From Puniceicoccales bacterium (GTDB taxonomy: Bacteria > Verrucomicrobiota > Verrucomicrobiia > Opitutales > LL51), in contig JAITBP010000002.1 in the NCBI GenBank assembly GCA_031283585.1, forward strand, positions 2,373-34,372: a stretch of DNA of 32,000 nt, read 5' to 3'. How positions within the stretch are numbered: the stretch's first letter is position 1; each line of letters opens with the position of its first letter. The notes below the pieces were generated by a model. The model was not told the origin of the DNA. It searched no databases and saw only the letters and a program-made list of their open reading frames with translations. A program made the position numbers and the translations under genes. Shown here piece by piece: positions 17,409-25,268 of this stretch.

Positions 17409-17427
17409 AATAAATTTAAAATTTATT
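17409..17427. repeat. Perfect 9+1+9 palindrome AATAAATTTAAAATTTATT in the dedA/upp divergent intergenic region
   Basis: Read directly from the sequence. It is AT-only, so the chance expectation in AT-rich spacer DNA is not negligible. Confidence 0.5.
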
Positions 17428-17515
17428 AACAACTTGATTAAAACCTGGACTGAATACAGTTGCTCTTCATCAAATTTCCATTGATTTAGGGAAAATCAAC
17501 CCTAAGGTCTAATCC

Positions 17516-18136
17516 ATGGCTTTGCATACTGTAAGTAATCCGATAATGCAAAATGCACTATCACTGTTAAGAAATGTAAATAGTTCGCTGATCCAATTCC
17601 GTCAGGCTTGCAAACAAGTCACCGCCGGCCTGGTGCTTGATGCGTCTAACCGTTTTTCTACAAAAGACGTAATTATCAAAACACCACTGGCAACCTGCAA
17701 AGCCTGCCGGATCGAAAATCAGGTGGCTTTTATCCCAATTTTAAGGGCAGGACTGGCCATGTTAGACTGTGCCATCGGCCTTATTCCCGAAGCCAAAATC
17801 GGCTACCTTGGGCTCCAGCGTGACGGGAAGCCCACGAAAACGTCACCGTACTATGAAAATCTACCCAGCCTGGACGGAGCCAATGTGATGCTGCTGGATC
17901 CCATTCTGGCCACCGGTAATTCGGCGATTCAGGCCATCGAACGCATTTTGAAAAAAAATCCCAAAACCGTAACCCTGTGCTGTATCGTCGTGTCTTCGGA
18001 AGGCATAACCCATATATCAGAAAAATTTTGCGATGTGCATGTCTACACCGTTGCCATCGACGACAACATCAACGCCAAAAAGTATCTAGTGCCTGGCCTG
18101 GGTGACTTTGGAGATAGATTCAATGCAACGATTTAA
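17516..18136 (+). CDS. upp: Uracil phosphoribosyltransferase
   Basis: ILRAGLAML, the PRPP loop MLLDPILATGNSA, and C-terminal YLVPGLGDFGDRF. Confidence 0.9.
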   Translation: MALHTVSNPIMQNALSLLRNVNSSLIQFRQACKQVTAGLVLDASNRFSTKDVIIKTPLATCKACRIENQVAFIPILRAGLAMLDCAIGLIPEAKIGYLGLQRDGKPTKTSPYYENLPSLDGANVMLLDPILATGNSAIQAIERILKKNPKTVTLCCIVVSSEGITHISEKFCDVHVYTVAIDDNINAKKYLVPGLGDFGDRFNATI

Positions 18137-18154
18137 TGCCTAAATTCTGCTCCA

Positions 18155-20044
18155 ATGGATGAGTTAGAATACAGGCTTGGGTTAAAAAAAATCCGCCTAA
18201 TATTGCTCTATATAGTCCTGTTTGGCCTGGCAATTTTTCTGGCAACTGGCATGTTTTGGCGTCAGATAATTTGCTACGAACATTTTTTGCAAAAAGAACG
18301 ACACCAAAATCTTAGAAGAATCCTGGTACCCGCACCGCGAGGTAATATATATGACCGAAATGGCAACCCTCTTGCCCATAATTCGCCCAGCCACGAGTTG
18401 CTGCTCTATCTACCATTGCTTCGCAGTGAATTTAACCAGGAATATGTCAATCTTCTTCGAAGCGCAAGGGCTTCTGGCATAAATACAAACAAAAAAAATC
18501 TACAGATCGAAGCCCGTAAAAATATAATTCAAAAATACATGGACCAGGTCAGGGCACTAACCCATAGAAACCTGTCCGTGACTCCGGCACAGATCGAACG
18601 CCATTATAACAAAGAACTGCTGCTGCCATTTGTACTGATGGGTAATCTGACCGATCTGGAATACGTAACACTGGTAGAAAACATCGCCCCGGACTCACCA
18701 TTACGGATTGGGACAGAATATGTTAGGTCCTATCCTCGGGGCACAGCAGCCTGCCATGTGATTGGCTACGTAACATCCACCAAAACACTGGGAGGCCTGG
18801 ATAATAACATAACCACATTTCGCCAATATAATAAGCTGGGCAAAGCTGGCATTGAACTGATAATGAATGACTTGCTAAGCGGAACCTCGGGTGAAGAAAT
18901 CCTCTCGGTGGATCCATCTGGGTTTAAAGCCCAAACCACCGAGTTCAGAAACCCTGAGAAAGGCCAGGACTGTTATATAAGCATAGACATAGATCTACAG
19001 CAGGTTGCCGAAACCTCCCTCGGCGACAAAATTGGCAGTGTCGTGGTCCTGGACGTGCGCACCGGCGAAGTACTTGTGATGGCAAGTAAGCCGAATTATG
19101 ACCTTGGAAAGATGAGTCCACGCATAACCAATGAAATTTTTAGCAAAATATCCGCAGAAACCGGCTGGCTAAATCGATCAACCCAGGGACTATATCCGCC
19201 GGGGTCCACATTTAAGCTCCTGTCGGCCATAGCATTCCTAAAATCTGGCACGGCAACCTGGGATCCAGCGGATACCGAACTTTGCCAGGGCAGCACGATG
19301 ATTGGTACAGGAAAATTTCGCTGCGATAACCATCGCGCCCATGGAAAAATCGGATTACACGAAGCCATCAAAAAAAGCTGTAATGTATATTTTTATAATC
19401 GCAGCCAAAAATGTGGCATAGACTTCATAAGCAAGGAAGCCCACAGGTTTGGACTAGACTCTAAAACCGGCCTGGAGTTGCCCTACGAAACCTCAAAAAT
19501 GATTGTGCCGACCAAAACCTGGAAAATCGCTAAAAATCTAGGACCCTGGTTGGGCGGTGACACGGCCAACACGTCCATCGGCCAGGGATACCTACGGCTA
19601 ACACCGCTGCAAATGGCCTGCTTCACCGCCTCGGTGGCCAGAAATGAAACCAGAACCACTCCCCATATTATACATGAAGAAAACAGACCATCCCAACAGG
19701 GTTGCCACGAAGAAATAGGCCTCAGCAACGATGACTACACAAAGCTTATCTCAGCCTTCGAAGATGCGGTCAATGGTGGAACCTGTTGGCGTGCAAGGAT
19801 ACAAGGACTGCGTGTCGCCGGTAAAACCGGCACAGCCCAGGTATGGGAAAACGGCAAAAAAAGGAACGTGGCCTGGTTTATAGGATTCGCACCGGTGGAA
19901 GATCCTCAAATCGCCATCGCCGTGGCTGTACAAGAAAAATCCGAATCGGACAGCTACTACGGTTCAACCCATGCGGCGCCCCTGGCTAAAGATACCATGG
20001 AATACTATTTTTCTAAATTTTTAAACAAAATTCCATGCCCTTGA
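18155..20044 (+). CDS. mrdA: Penicillin-binding protein 2 (class B transpeptidase)
   Basis: N-terminal TM, then PAPRGNIYDRNGNPLA. The three transpeptidase motifs STFK, SCN and KTGTA are in the correct order. Confidence 0.9.
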   Translation: MDELEYRLGLKKIRLILLYIVLFGLAIFLATGMFWRQIICYEHFLQKERHQNLRRILVPAPRGNIYDRNGNPLAHNSPSHELLLYLPLLRSEFNQEYVNLLRSARASGINTNKKNLQIEARKNIIQKYMDQVRALTHRNLSVTPAQIERHYNKELLLPFVLMGNLTDLEYVTLVENIAPDSPLRIGTEYVRSYPRGTAACHVIGYVTSTKTLGGLDNNITTFRQYNKLGKAGIELIMNDLLSGTSGEEILSVDPSGFKAQTTEFRNPEKGQDCYISIDIDLQQVAETSLGDKIGSVVVLDVRTGEVLVMASKPNYDLGKMSPRITNEIFSKISAETGWLNRSTQGLYPPGSTFKLLSAIAFLKSGTATWDPADTELCQGSTMIGTGKFRCDNHRAHGKIGLHEAIKKSCNVYFYNRSQKCGIDFISKEAHRFGLDSKTGLELPYETSKMIVPTKTWKIAKNLGPWLGGDTANTSIGQGYLRLTPLQMACFTASVARNETRTTPHIIHEENRPSQQGCHEEIGLSNDDYTKLISAFEDAVNGGTCWRARIQGLRVAGKTGTAQVWENGKKRNVAWFIGFAPVEDPQIAIAVAVQEKSESDSYYGSTHAAPLAKDTMEYYFSKFLNKIPCP

Positions 20045-20089
20045 CTAAAGATTCTTGATGTTTTGGCTCCAAAAGCTAAGGTCAGGTTT

Positions 20090-21640
20090 ATGTCCGAAGC
20101 TATTTTGAACCAAATACGTGAAGAAATCAATGCCATCAGGTTCTCCTGTCAAAAGAAAAACCTAGGTGAAATAGTGGAACTTGCCGATGGAGTTGCCCTG
20201 GTCGAAGGTCTATCCGGAGCGATGGCCAATGAGATGATATCGTTTGGCAATAGCATATTTGGCATAGCCCTAAATCTCGAGGAGGACTACGTGGGCGTCG
20301 TTTTGCTCGGTGACAGCACAGGCCTAAAAGAAGGTGATCAGGCGGAAACCACTGGTAGGCTCCTGTCCGTACCGGTGGGCATGGCATTGCTTGGTCGGAT
20401 CATCGACCCACTGGGAAACCCGTTGGATGGCAAGGGACAGTTAGACCGCAGCACCATGTACCCTATGGAAAAGCCTGCACCGGGCATTATGGCCAGAAAA
20501 TCTGTCACCCAACCGCTCCAGACCGGGATAATTGCGATCGATGCGATGATACCGATAGGCCGGGGTCAAAGGGAACTGATAATCGGCGATCGATCCACCG
20601 GCAAAAGCGCCATAGCCATAGATACGATCATCAATCAGGCCAGGATAAATCGCGCTGGAATCGCCAGCAAAGACAAGGATTTTCGACCTGTGTATTCGAT
20701 CTATGTGGCGATTGGTCAAAAAAATTCCACCGTGGCCAGAACCATACAGCTTCTGACCGAAACCGGTGCATTGGATTACACCGTTGTGGTGAATTCTCCG
20801 GCCGCCGACAATCCGGCCAATCAATATCTGGCACCCTACGCCGGTTGTGCTATCGGTGAATGGTTTATGGAACATGGCCAGGATGCGTTAATTGTATACG
20901 ATGACCTTTCTAAACACGCCACCGCCTATCGACAGATATCGCTGGTTCTGAAGCGTCCATCGGGGCGTGAAGCCTATCCAGGTGATGTGTTTTATCTGCA
21001 TTCCAGGTTGCTTGAAAGGTCGGCAAAATTGAATGAAGACCTGGGTAATGGTTCGCTGACCGCTCTGCCCATAATAGAAACCCAGGCCGGGGATGTTTCG
21101 GCCTACATTCCCACCAACGTCATATCCATCACCGATGGCCAAATTTTCCTGGATACAGATCTATTCAACCGAGGCATTAGGCCAGCAATCTCGGTGGGAA
21201 TCTCAGTATCAAGAGTCGGGTCAGCGGCCCAGTTGAAAGCATTTAAACAACTGGCCAACAAATTAAAGCTCCAGCTCGGCCAATACTACGAACTAGCTGC
21301 CTTTGCCCAATTCGGTTCGGATCTGGATCAAAACACCCAGCAACAGCTAGACCGTGGGGCCCGGATCGTAGAGTTATTCAAGCAGTCGACATCAAAGCCC
21401 AAGGACATAGGTGAGCAACTCCTAATACTCTGGGCCATAAATCACGGCATTTTCGATGACATTCCATTGCCCAGTGCATTGGAAGCCTCGGACCAGGTGA
21501 TTGCCCACTGCCAGGCCACCTCCATCGATTTGCTGAATTCGATCATCTCTAAAAAAGAAATAACCGACGAACTGAACCAACAGTTGGACACGGTGATCTC
21601 TTCCTGGAAACAATCTTTCCTAGCCAATTCACCGGCCTAA
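20090..21640 (+). CDS. atpA: F-type ATP synthase subunit alpha
   Basis: [18 protein letters not shown]-loop [36 protein letters not shown] and [15 protein letters not shown] prefer the ATG at 20090 (the track start at 20063 is TTG). Confidence 0.92.
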   Translation: MSEAILNQIREEINAIRFSCQKKNLGEIVELADGVALVEGLSGAMANEMISFGNSIFGIALNLEEDYVGVVLLGDSTGLKEGDQAETTGRLLSVPVGMALLGRIIDPLGNPLDGKGQLDRSTMYPMEKPAPGIMARKSVTQPLQTGIIAIDAMIPIGRGQRELIIGDRSTGKSAIAIDTIINQARINRAGIASKDKDFRPVYSIYVAIGQKNSTVARTIQLLTETGALDYTVVVNSPAADNPANQYLAPYAGCAIGEWFMEHGQDALIVYDDLSKHATAYRQISLVLKRPSGREAYPGDVFYLHSRLLERSAKLNEDLGNGSLTALPIIETQAGDVSAYIPTNVISITDGQIFLDTDLFNRGIRPAISVGISVSRVGSAAQLKAFKQLANKLKLQLGQYYELAAFAQFGSDLDQNTQQQLDRGARIVELFKQSTSKPKDIGEQLLILWAINHGIFDDIPLPSALEASDQVIAHCQATSIDLLNSIISKKEITDELNQQLDTVISSWKQSFLANSPA

Positions 21641-21648
21641 TTTTACTA

Positions 21649-21676
21649 TTGTTAAAATTTTTTACATTATTATAGT
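21649..21676 (+). promoter_or_regulatory. Candidate sigma70-like promoter for paralog A (TTGTTA-16 nt-TATAGT)
   Basis: The hexamers and spacing were read directly. The -10 element ends 11 nt before the ATG, so the leader would be very short. The same architecture is conserved in unit B. Confidence 0.35.
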
Positions 21677-21687
21677 TCATATCTGTT

Positions 21688-22221
21688 ATGGGTGGAATTG
21701 GCGATATAAATAATAATAATTATAATTATAATGGCGTCAGCTGGACTGGAAGGAGAGAAATTCTTAAAAATAATGGCATCGGTAACTGCTTTTCCAGACT
21801 GTTTCTTGCCAGCAAATGGGGCTCAGGGAAAAATGCCATGAGCGTTGCAATGAGTGGAACAACCGCTATTTCAAATATAAAAACCGGAAGCCTAAAGGAA
21901 AAAAAAGCCATAAAATACGGCCAACAATTCATACAAAATCTTGTCAACAAATTTAACAGCCCTAATACCACCCCAAAGGAGAAGACTGAAATAGCCAACC
22001 AAATTAGGTCGCTAACAGGGAAAAGAGAAGATGCAAGCATAGGTGTAGATAACCGAACTGAAAATCGATATGATTTTATCACTGACAATAAGTTAAAAGA
22101 TGATTTAGCAAAGATAGAAAAAGACCCATCAATAAGAAAAACTCATGAACAATCTATGACTCAGCAATCAATGAAAGAACTAGCAGCAAAATTAAATAAA
22201 GGAAATCCACATCCTAAATAA
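21688..22221 (+). CDS. Hypothetical 177-aa protein, paralog A of a duplicated pair
   Basis: MGGIGDINNNNYNYNGVSW....L.NNGIGNCFSRLFLA... aligns along its length with the product of 22467-22946. I recognise no family. Confidence 0.6.
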   Translation: MGGIGDINNNNYNYNGVSWTGRREILKNNGIGNCFSRLFLASKWGSGKNAMSVAMSGTTAISNIKTGSLKEKKAIKYGQQFIQNLVNKFNSPNTTPKEKTEIANQIRSLTGKREDASIGVDNRTENRYDFITDNKLKDDLAKIEKDPSIRKTHEQSMTQQSMKELAAKLNKGNPHPK

Positions 22222-22233
22222 TAGAAAGATACC

Positions 22234-22420
22234 TGGCTATGGGGTATCAAAACAAAAAATACCTTAAAAATTCCGTTACTGAATTTTCCTGAGCTGCTTC
22301 CCTGGGTCTACCAGGGATTCGATTTTTCTAAAAAAGAAGTAACTGACGATCTGAATCATCATTTGGAAGCCTCGTTTTTTTCTTGGAAACTGGCTTTTTT
22401 TGCCGGTTTGCCGGAAGTGA
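22234..22420 (+). pseudogene. Relic copy of the atpA 3' end (last ~70 codons), not attached to any atpA body
   Basis: The frame reads LWGIKTKNTLKIPLLNFPELLPWVYQGFDFSKKEVTDDLNHHLEASFFSWKLAFFAGLPEV, against the AtpA tail [70 protein letters not shown]. By hand count, 63 of 93 nt are identical over 22327-22419 versus 21548-21640. The stretch 22234-22314 is less certain. Confidence 0.7.
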
Positions 22421-22427
22421 TTTACTA

Positions 22428-22455
22428 TTGTCAAAATTTTTCATACTATTATTAT
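22428..22455 (+). promoter_or_regulatory. Candidate sigma70-like promoter for paralog B (TTGTCA-16 nt-TATTAT)
   Basis: Positionally equivalent to 21649-21676. The upstream block TTTACTATTGT(T/C)AAAATTTTT is nearly identical in both units. Confidence 0.35.
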
Positions 22456-22466
22456 ATTGGATTGCT

Positions 22467-22946
22467 ATGGGATGGATGGGAATTACTGGTAGTAGGCGTA
22501 ATTATAACAGCCTTTCCTGGTCTGAAAAGAGAAAGGTACTCGCAAATGCAAACGTTGGGAACTGGTTCACCAGATTATTCCTTGCTATTGGCGACAGACA
22601 TGAATCAAATACAATGGAACCAATTGCGAAAAAAGTAGTAGCTTTGACCAGCATCAAGCTATCCGAACGCAAGGTCCATAAAACCATGCATGGGGCAGAG
22701 AAAATATTCCAGTCCCTGGTTAATAAATACAATCAATCGGAAAATGAAACCGAAAAAAAAGAGATAGGTACCCGCATAAAAGTCCTACTAGGAAAAAAAG
22801 GCAGCAATGCCCAGGAAAATGATCCTCTAATCTCCATCAGCAATGATAAATTAAGAGAAGACATCGCCAACCTATTGCAAGATATGGCTAAAAACAACGA
22901 CATGCCAGTCGAAATATTGCGGCCAATGCAGCCTTTACATAAATAA
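22467..22946 (+). CDS. Hypothetical 159-aa protein, paralog B of a duplicated pair
   Basis: The ATG at 22467 gives MGWMGITGSRRNYNSLSW....L.NANVGNWFTRLFLA..., parallel to paralog A. The track's longer ORF from 22383 starts at a TTG inside the spacer. Confidence 0.6.
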   Translation: MGWMGITGSRRNYNSLSWSEKRKVLANANVGNWFTRLFLAIGDRHESNTMEPIAKKVVALTSIKLSERKVHKTMHGAEKIFQSLVNKYNQSENETEKKEIGTRIKVLLGKKGSNAQENDPLISISNDKLREDIANLLQDMAKNNDMPVEILRPMQPLHK

Positions 22947-22967
22947 AACCCTAGCCTAATAACCAAA

Positions 22968-23043
22968 TGGTGGAGCCGATCGGGTTCGAACCGACGACCT
23001 CCACAATGCCATTGTGGCGCTCTTCCAACTGAGCTACGACCCC
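22968..23043 (-). tRNA. tRNA-Ala (anticodon GGC), CCA encoded
   Basis: The reverse complement folds as a cloverleaf: GGGGTCG acceptor with G3:U70, D-arm GCTCAGTTGGAAGAGC, anticodon stem CCACA/TGTGG with loop ATGGCAT, T-arm GTCGG-TTCGAAC-CCGAT, then ACCA. Confidence 0.93.
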
Positions 23044-23047
23044 ATTC

Positions 23048-23124
23048 TGGCACACCCCACAGGAGTCGAACCTGCAACCTTCTGATCCGTAGTCAGATGC
23101 TCTATCCAATTGAGCTAGGGGTGC
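23048..23124 (-). tRNA. tRNA-Arg (anticodon ACG), CCA encoded
   Basis: The reverse complement is GCACCCCTAGCTCAATTGGATAGAGCATCTGACTACGGATCAGAAGGTTGCAGGTTCGACTCCTGTGGGGTGTGCCA. The anticodon loop is CTACGGA. It lies 4 nt from tRNA-Ala. Confidence 0.9.
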
Positions 23125-23180
23125 AACCAGGTCCTCTAGGCTGTAACAGCCAACGTTTTTGCAAGGCAAATTTTATAACT

Positions 23181-24014
23181 CTAGGATAAGCCATGGATTT
23201 TGTATTTAGCCAAAATTTCAAAACTACCGATATCTTCCCAGTCAAAAGTACCAATAGCCATCAAAAGATCGTCCAATTTTTCAAGCACAGCACGATCAAA
23301 AGATATGTTCTTGATCTGGCCATAGGCATAGTCTGATCCGGCAACATGGCTTCTAATATTTTCATATATATCATTGGCATGTAGTTTGATTGCCCTGCGG
23401 ATAGCATATCCGGTGGCTATTATCATGCCTGTATTCCAAAAGTACTTGCAAGACTTTACATAACTATTTGCAGTTGTTTTATCCGGCTTCTCCACAAATC
23501 TATCCACATTAAATATCTTTTCACCAAGTTCCACCACAGAACCAATTTTAATGTACCCATATTGGGAAGATGAGTCTTTAGGTGATACACCGATAACCGT
23601 TATTTTATTGGTAATTGAAGCAAAATCAATCGCACTGGTTAAGGTTTCCTTAAACCCGGCCAGGTCATTTATTACAGAATCCGATGGTATAAATACTATT
23701 GGCCTAGTCCCAGCCCGATTGCTGAGAACCTCATTAGCTAAACAAATGGCCGCAGCGGTATTTCTAGCAAATGGCTCTAATATTATGTTGTCTTTTCGTA
23801 ACATCGGCAGCTTTTCCATGATCAGCTGGCTATTTTCTTTGATTGTAGAAATAAATATGTTGGAAACATTGCAGAGCAAAAGCCCTCGCTGGAAAGCTGA
23901 TTGAATCAATGAAGTCTCATCTATCCTCAACAAATACTTCGGCCTTTCAGTAGTACTTAGTGGCCATAGGCGTTCGCCAATTCCTCCAGCCAGAATAACA
24001 ACCAGAACATCCAT
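23181..24014 (-). CDS. Sugar-phosphate nucleotidyltransferase (mannose-1-phosphate guanylyltransferase-like, N-terminal domain only)
   Basis: VVILAGGIGERLWPLSTTERPKYLL matches the ManC/CpsB-type signature (AGG.G.RLWPLS...PKQ.L). At 277 aa it lacks the C-terminal cupin/isomerase part. Confidence 0.8.
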   Translation of the reverse strand: MDVLVVILAGGIGERLWPLSTTERPKYLLRIDETSLIQSAFQRGLLLCNVSNIFISTIKENSQLIMEKLPMLRKDNIILEPFARNTAAAICLANEVLSNRAGTRPIVFIPSDSVINDLAGFKETLTSAIDFASITNKITVIGVSPKDSSSQYGYIKIGSVVELGEKIFNVDRFVEKPDKTTANSYVKSCKYFWNTGMIIATGYAIRRAIKLHANDIYENIRSHVAGSDYAYGQIKNISFDRAVLEKLDDLLMAIGTFDWEDIGSFEILAKYKIHGLS

Positions 24015-24129
24015 AAATCCCCAACACTGTGCATTATAATACTAATCGGCGTTATTACAGCAATAATATGAATATAGTTGTATATTTTTCTGGACAAAGC
24101 GAATAGATAATAGCATAGTGTCAAATGTG

Positions 24130-25248
24130 ATGAGTTTTAAATCAACCTATGTAGGGATTTTTTATTTGTTATTTACATCAATTGGGCTATGCGTAGAGAC
24201 TGCCGATGCTGTGGACCTGGATAAAATAGAGGTCCCGGGTGAAAATTACGATAATGCCCAATCCACGATAGACACTGAGAAATCGATCCAGTCCATTGAC
24301 CACAAATATGACAAACTTATAACGGCCTATGGTTGGTTATCTGGACATAAACTTAACATTACAGAACTGGAATTCACCGACCGAGAGTGGGAATTGTTTA
24401 TCCAGGGGCTAAGACTCTGCTGTAAAGATAAATATCCAAAGATTGAAGGCAGTGATGAAGCGGAACATTACATAGAAAAAAGACGTGAAGAAAATCGCAG
24501 GAAAGAATCCGAAGATTATATTAACTATCTTTGTAAAAATCATAGTGTGATCAACCTCTGCGATGGGGCATGGTGTGAAATTATTAACAAGGGTGATGAA
24601 AAAATGCGACCCAACGACAATTCCATAGTGACCATAGAGTATATGCTTAGGTCGACAGCCGATAAGGTAACTATCTCTTCGAGGGACCTTCATTATTACC
24701 AAGGGTTAAAAGTAGATATTAATTCTCTTCCAAAAGAATATAATAAAGGATTGAGGTTAGTAGGCAAAGGCGGTTCAATGTGGTTGTACTCTGTAGCAGA
24801 GGCTAATCCTGACAATTATGACAACCTATGGCCAGATTGGTCAGGTTATAATGGTGACGAATTGGAGTTTAAAAAAGCAATTTTTTCGATTGGGTCTGTC
24901 AGAATATCAAGGGTTACTCTGTTGGATGTGGAACCGTCCAATGGCCAGAAGCCACCTATTACCAAGGCTTTGGATGATTTTGTTTTTTTCTATTTTGATG
25001 ATAATTTTAATGGTGGTAATGATATGGATGACGACATCGGCGATGACGATGACATCGGCGACGACGTTGGCGATGATGTTGATAATGAAAAAGATGATGA
25101 TTTATTCTCACCGCTCGACGCCAGCCCAACAGTAGATGATGGTCTGGAAGATGATGAGGAAGGTGACGATGACGACGTCATATTTCTGCCATCGCCTGCC
25201 CAATTATTAAAATCGGCGGCATCAACTGAGAAAACACCGGCTCCCTAA
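24130..25248 (+). CDS. Secreted Mip/FkpA-like (FKBP_N + degenerate FKBP_C) protein with a poly-Asp C-terminal tail
   Basis: Signal-like N-terminus. AYGWLSGHKLNITELEFTDREWELFIQGL resembles FKBP_N. YLCKNHSVINLCDGAWCEIINKGDEKMRPNDNSIVTIEYML...GLRLVGKGGSMWLY parallels the Mip FKBP domain, but the FDSS, GW and YG positions are not conserved. The start is either GTG at 24118 or ATG at 24130. Confidence 0.45.
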   Translation: MSFKSTYVGIFYLLFTSIGLCVETADAVDLDKIEVPGENYDNAQSTIDTEKSIQSIDHKYDKLITAYGWLSGHKLNITELEFTDREWELFIQGLRLCCKDKYPKIEGSDEAEHYIEKRREENRRKESEDYINYLCKNHSVINLCDGAWCEIINKGDEKMRPNDNSIVTIEYMLRSTADKVTISSRDLHYYQGLKVDINSLPKEYNKGLRLVGKGGSMWLYSVAEANPDNYDNLWPDWSGYNGDELEFKKAIFSIGSVRISRVTLLDVEPSNGQKPPITKALDDFVFFYFDDNFNGGNDMDDDIGDDDDIGDDVGDDVDNEKDDDLFSPLDASPTVDDGLEDDEEGDDDDVIFLPSPAQLLKSAASTEKTPAP

Positions 25249-25268
25249 CCGGCGATTACTAGAATAGC

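Larger units (their letters stand above)
21425..22946 (+). repeat. Diverged head-to-tail tandem duplication, two units of ~0.8 and ~0.7 kb
   Basis: Unit A (~21425-22221) holds the atpA 3' end, a 47-nt spacer and a gene. Unit B (~22234-22946) holds the atpA-tail relic, a 46-nt spacer and a paralogous gene. They are collinear by eye, with one ~30-nt deletion in the relic. Confidence 0.8.

Noticed and set aside
21479-21490. An exact 12-mer TTGGAAGCCTCG shared between atpA (21479-21490) and the relic (22363-22374) at non-homologous offsets
   Set aside because: It is too short to interpret alone. It could be chance or a trace of secondary rearrangement or conversion. I mention it under the duplication finding but do not call it a feature.
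20136-21627. Multiple antisense ORFs (60-144 aa) inside atpA, and similar ones inside PBP2, the APC permease, recA, dapF and mcsB
   Set aside because: They are typical shadow ORFs opposite strongly supported conserved genes. Their composition is Arg/Gly/Pro-rich and I see no independent signals.
22228-22249. A hairpin GATACC-N9-GGTATC after paralog A as an intrinsic terminator
   Set aside because: The stem is only 6 bp, and it is followed by an A-rich tract on the + strand instead of the required T-rich one. It lies within the relic-derived sequence.
21688-22487. N-terminal Met-Gly in both paralogs as a eukaryotic N-myristoylation signal
   Set aside because: The consensus needs Ser or Thr at position 6 (MGxxxS/T). 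The paralogs read MGGIGD and MGWMGI, so the motif is not met.
22363-22638. A 91-aa + strand ORF starting in the atpA relic and running into paralog B out of frame
   Set aside because: It exists only because the relic lost its stop codon. It overlaps the better-supported paralog B frame and has no start context.
22733-23169. Two minus-strand ORFs (114 and 72 aa) spanning the tRNA region
   Set aside because: They are translations of the tRNA-Ala and tRNA-Arg genes and their flanks (the ..GSNPIGST.. type of artefact), not proteins.
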